Source of the DNA: an uncultured Bacteroidota bacterium
GTDB lineage: Bacteria > Bacteroidota > Bacteroidia > Flavobacteriales_F > PHOS-HE28
NCBI GenBank assembly: GCA_902826215.1
Contig: CADEDY010000009.1
Span: 52,304 to 116,303 of the forward strand
Direction of reading: 5' to 3'
DNA: 64,000 nucleotides
Shown here: positions 62,718 through 64,000 of the stretch, in pieces
How positions within the stretch are numbered: the first letter of the stretch is position 1
Layout: each line of letters opens with the position of its first letter
The notes under the pieces: generated by a model
Databases searched by the model: none
What the model was told of the DNA's origin: nothing
Seen by the model: only the letters and a program-made list of their open reading frames with translations
Position numbers and translations under genes: made by a program

Positions 62718-64000
62718 ATGGAACGCAAAACGTTCAACGACCTCGGGCTCATCGAGCCCATTTTGAAAGCCCTCAACGAAGAAGGCTACACCCACCCTAC
62801 GCCGATCCAGGAACAAGCGATACCGCACCTGATCCAAGGCCGTGACCTCTTGGGTTGCGCGCAGACCGGCACCGGCAAGACCGCAGCCTTCGCGATCCCG
62901 ATCCTACAGGAACTGACGGCGCAAGCACCGCAAGCGAAGCGTGCCATCCGCACGTTGATCCTTACTCCTACAAGGGAATTGGCGATCCAGATCGGTGAGA
63001 GCTTCACGGCATACGGCCGCAACCTGCAAGTGAAACACACCGTGATCTTCGGTGGTGTAGGCCAGAAGCCACAAACCGATGCATTGCACCGTGGTGTGGA
63101 CATCGTAGTGGCCACGCCCGGTCGCCTCCTGGACCTGATGGGCCAAGGCTTCGTTCACCTGAACGGGCTGGAGATCTTCGTACTCGACGAAGCCGACCGC
63201 ATGTTGGACATGGGCTTCATCCATGATGTGAAGAAGGTGATCGCCAAGCTTCCCGCGAAGCGCCAGACCTTGTTCTTCAGCGCGACGATGCCGCCGGAGA
63301 TCGCCAAGCTGGCCAACAGCATCCTCACCAACCCGGTGAAGGTGGAAGTGGCGCCGCAGAGCACCACGGCCGAGACCATCGACCAGCACCTGTACATGGT
63401 GGACCGCACCGACAAGAACAAGCTGTTGGTGGAACTGATGAAGGGTGATACGATCCGCGAAGCCTTGATCTTTACACGCACCAAGCACGGCGCGAACAAA
63501 GTGGTGAAGATCCTGGAGCAGGCGGGTGTCGGCGCAGAAGCCATCCACGGCAACAAGAGCCAGACCGCTCGCCAGAACGCCTTGAAGAACTTCAAGGAAG
63601 GGAAGATCCGCGCTTTGGTGGCAACCGACATCGCTGCACGCGGCATCGACATCGATGGCCTCACCCACGTGATCAACTTCGACATCCCGAACATCCCGGA
63701 GACCTACGTACACCGCATCGGCCGCACGGGTCGTGCCGGCGCATCGGGACGCGCCCTCTCCTTCTGCGATCATGAAGAGAAGGAGTTCCTGCGCGACATC
63801 CTGCGCTTGATCAAACGTGATATCCCGGTCGTTGCCGAGCATCCGTTCGTGATGACAGGTGGCCCGAAGAAGGCTGAACCCGAGGTGCGCGAACCGCGCC
63901 AACCTCGTGGCCCCGGCCGTGGGCAAGGACAACGCAGCGGCCAAGGCCAACGCAATGCACCTCGTGCGGCAGGTGAAGGCAACCGCCATGGGGGCGAGCG
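62718..64000 (+). CDS. DEAD-box ATP-dependent RNA helicase (RhlE-like), 3' end beyond the window
   Basis: From the ATG at 62718 the product carries a Q-motif ([14 protein letters not shown]), motif I ([11 protein letters not shown]), Ia (PTRELA), DEAD (VLDEADRM), [13 protein letters not shown] and a C-terminal RG/GQ-rich tail. It is not in the ORF track because no stop lies inside the window. Confidence 0.9.
   Translation, partial: MERKTFNDLGLIEPILKALNEEGYTHPTPIQEQAIPHLIQGRDLLGCAQTGTGKTAAFAIPILQELTAQAPQAKRAIRTLILTPTRELAIQIGESFTAYGRNLQVKHTVIFGGVGQKPQTDALHRGVDIVVATPGRLLDLMGQGFVHLNGLEIFVLDEADRMLDMGFIHDVKKVIAKLPAKRQTLFFSATMPPEIAKLANSILTNPVKVEVAPQSTTAETIDQHLYMVDRTDKNKLLVELMKGDTIREALIFTRTKHGANKVVKILEQAGVGAEAIHGNKSQTARQNALKNFKEGKIRALVATDIAARGIDIDGLTHVINFDIPNIPETYVHRIGRTGRAGASGRALSFCDHEEKEFLRDILRLIKRDIPVVAEHPFVMTGGPKKAEPEVREPRQPRGPGRGQGQRSGQGQRNAPRAAGEGNRHGGE

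Noticed and set aside
1-64000. Mobile element, prophage or genomic island signatures (integrase, transposase, tRNA-flanked direct repeats)
   Set aside because: No recombinase or transposase-like translations were found in any frame, and no terminal inverted repeats bracket a gene block. Apart from the 3703-4307 spacer and the nfeD/SPFH spacer, composition is uniform.

Overview
This 64 kb window is high-GC (about 60%) and reads as an ordinary chromosomal segment of a Bacteroidota genome. The phylum call rests on six proteins that end in Type IX secretion system (T9SS) C-terminal sorting domains, including one gliding-motility-associated (type B) C-terminal domain. Genes are tightly packed on both strands, with no rRNA or tRNA genes, no CRISPR array, and no transposase, integrase or phage genes.

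The content falls into eight blocks:
- 1-3702 (minus strand): three tandem T9SS cargo genes, namely two paralogous beta-propeller-repeat proteins and one type B C-terminal-domain adhesin-like protein.
- 3703-4307: an AT-richer spacer of about 600 bp.
- 4308-9614 (minus strand): a three-gene operon encoding a TPR/outer-membrane beta-barrel protein, a polytopic GT2 processive glycosyltransferase, and a T9SS-secreted CotH-kinase-family protein with a proprotein-convertase P-domain. This is the most unusual system in the window.
- 9.8-25 kb: housekeeping and accessory genes. These are a GNAT acetyltransferase, a VOC/glyoxalase, PhnA, MscS, outer-membrane beta-barrels, a Q/N-rich lipoprotein, an LLM oxidoreductase, an ECF sigma factor with a cupin anti-sigma, a SAM methyltransferase, a rhodanese, an S1 RNA-binding protein, tandem RRM RNA-binding genes (one degenerate) and a beta-lactamase-family hydrolase.
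- 24.9-27.9 kb: an AraC regulator, a T9SS cargo protein, and an intradiol-dioxygenase-like protein that carries both a Tat signal and a T9SS C-terminal domain.
- 28.4-34.5 kb: a TetR regulator divergent from an ABC exporter (no peptidase domain), HlyD and TolC, followed by CutA-like and lipoprotein genes.
- 34.5-48.5 kb: S1/P1 nuclease-like, comB, gcvT, a GT4 transferase, CapD, a thioesterase, DUF4197, a nucleoside phosphorylase, a SirB1-like protein, an S9 peptidase, a PhyH dioxygenase and an SDR.
- 50.5-60.3 kb: a nine-gene glycan (O-antigen/EPS-type) operon, then NfeD and an SPFH/stomatin gene, a clean terminator, and a repeat-rich roughly 400 bp leader ahead of a partial DEAD-box helicase.

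Many of the long ORFs in the six-frame track are antisense shadow ORFs, which is typical of high-GC DNA. Functional calls rest on motifs read directly from the translations and are not database hits.
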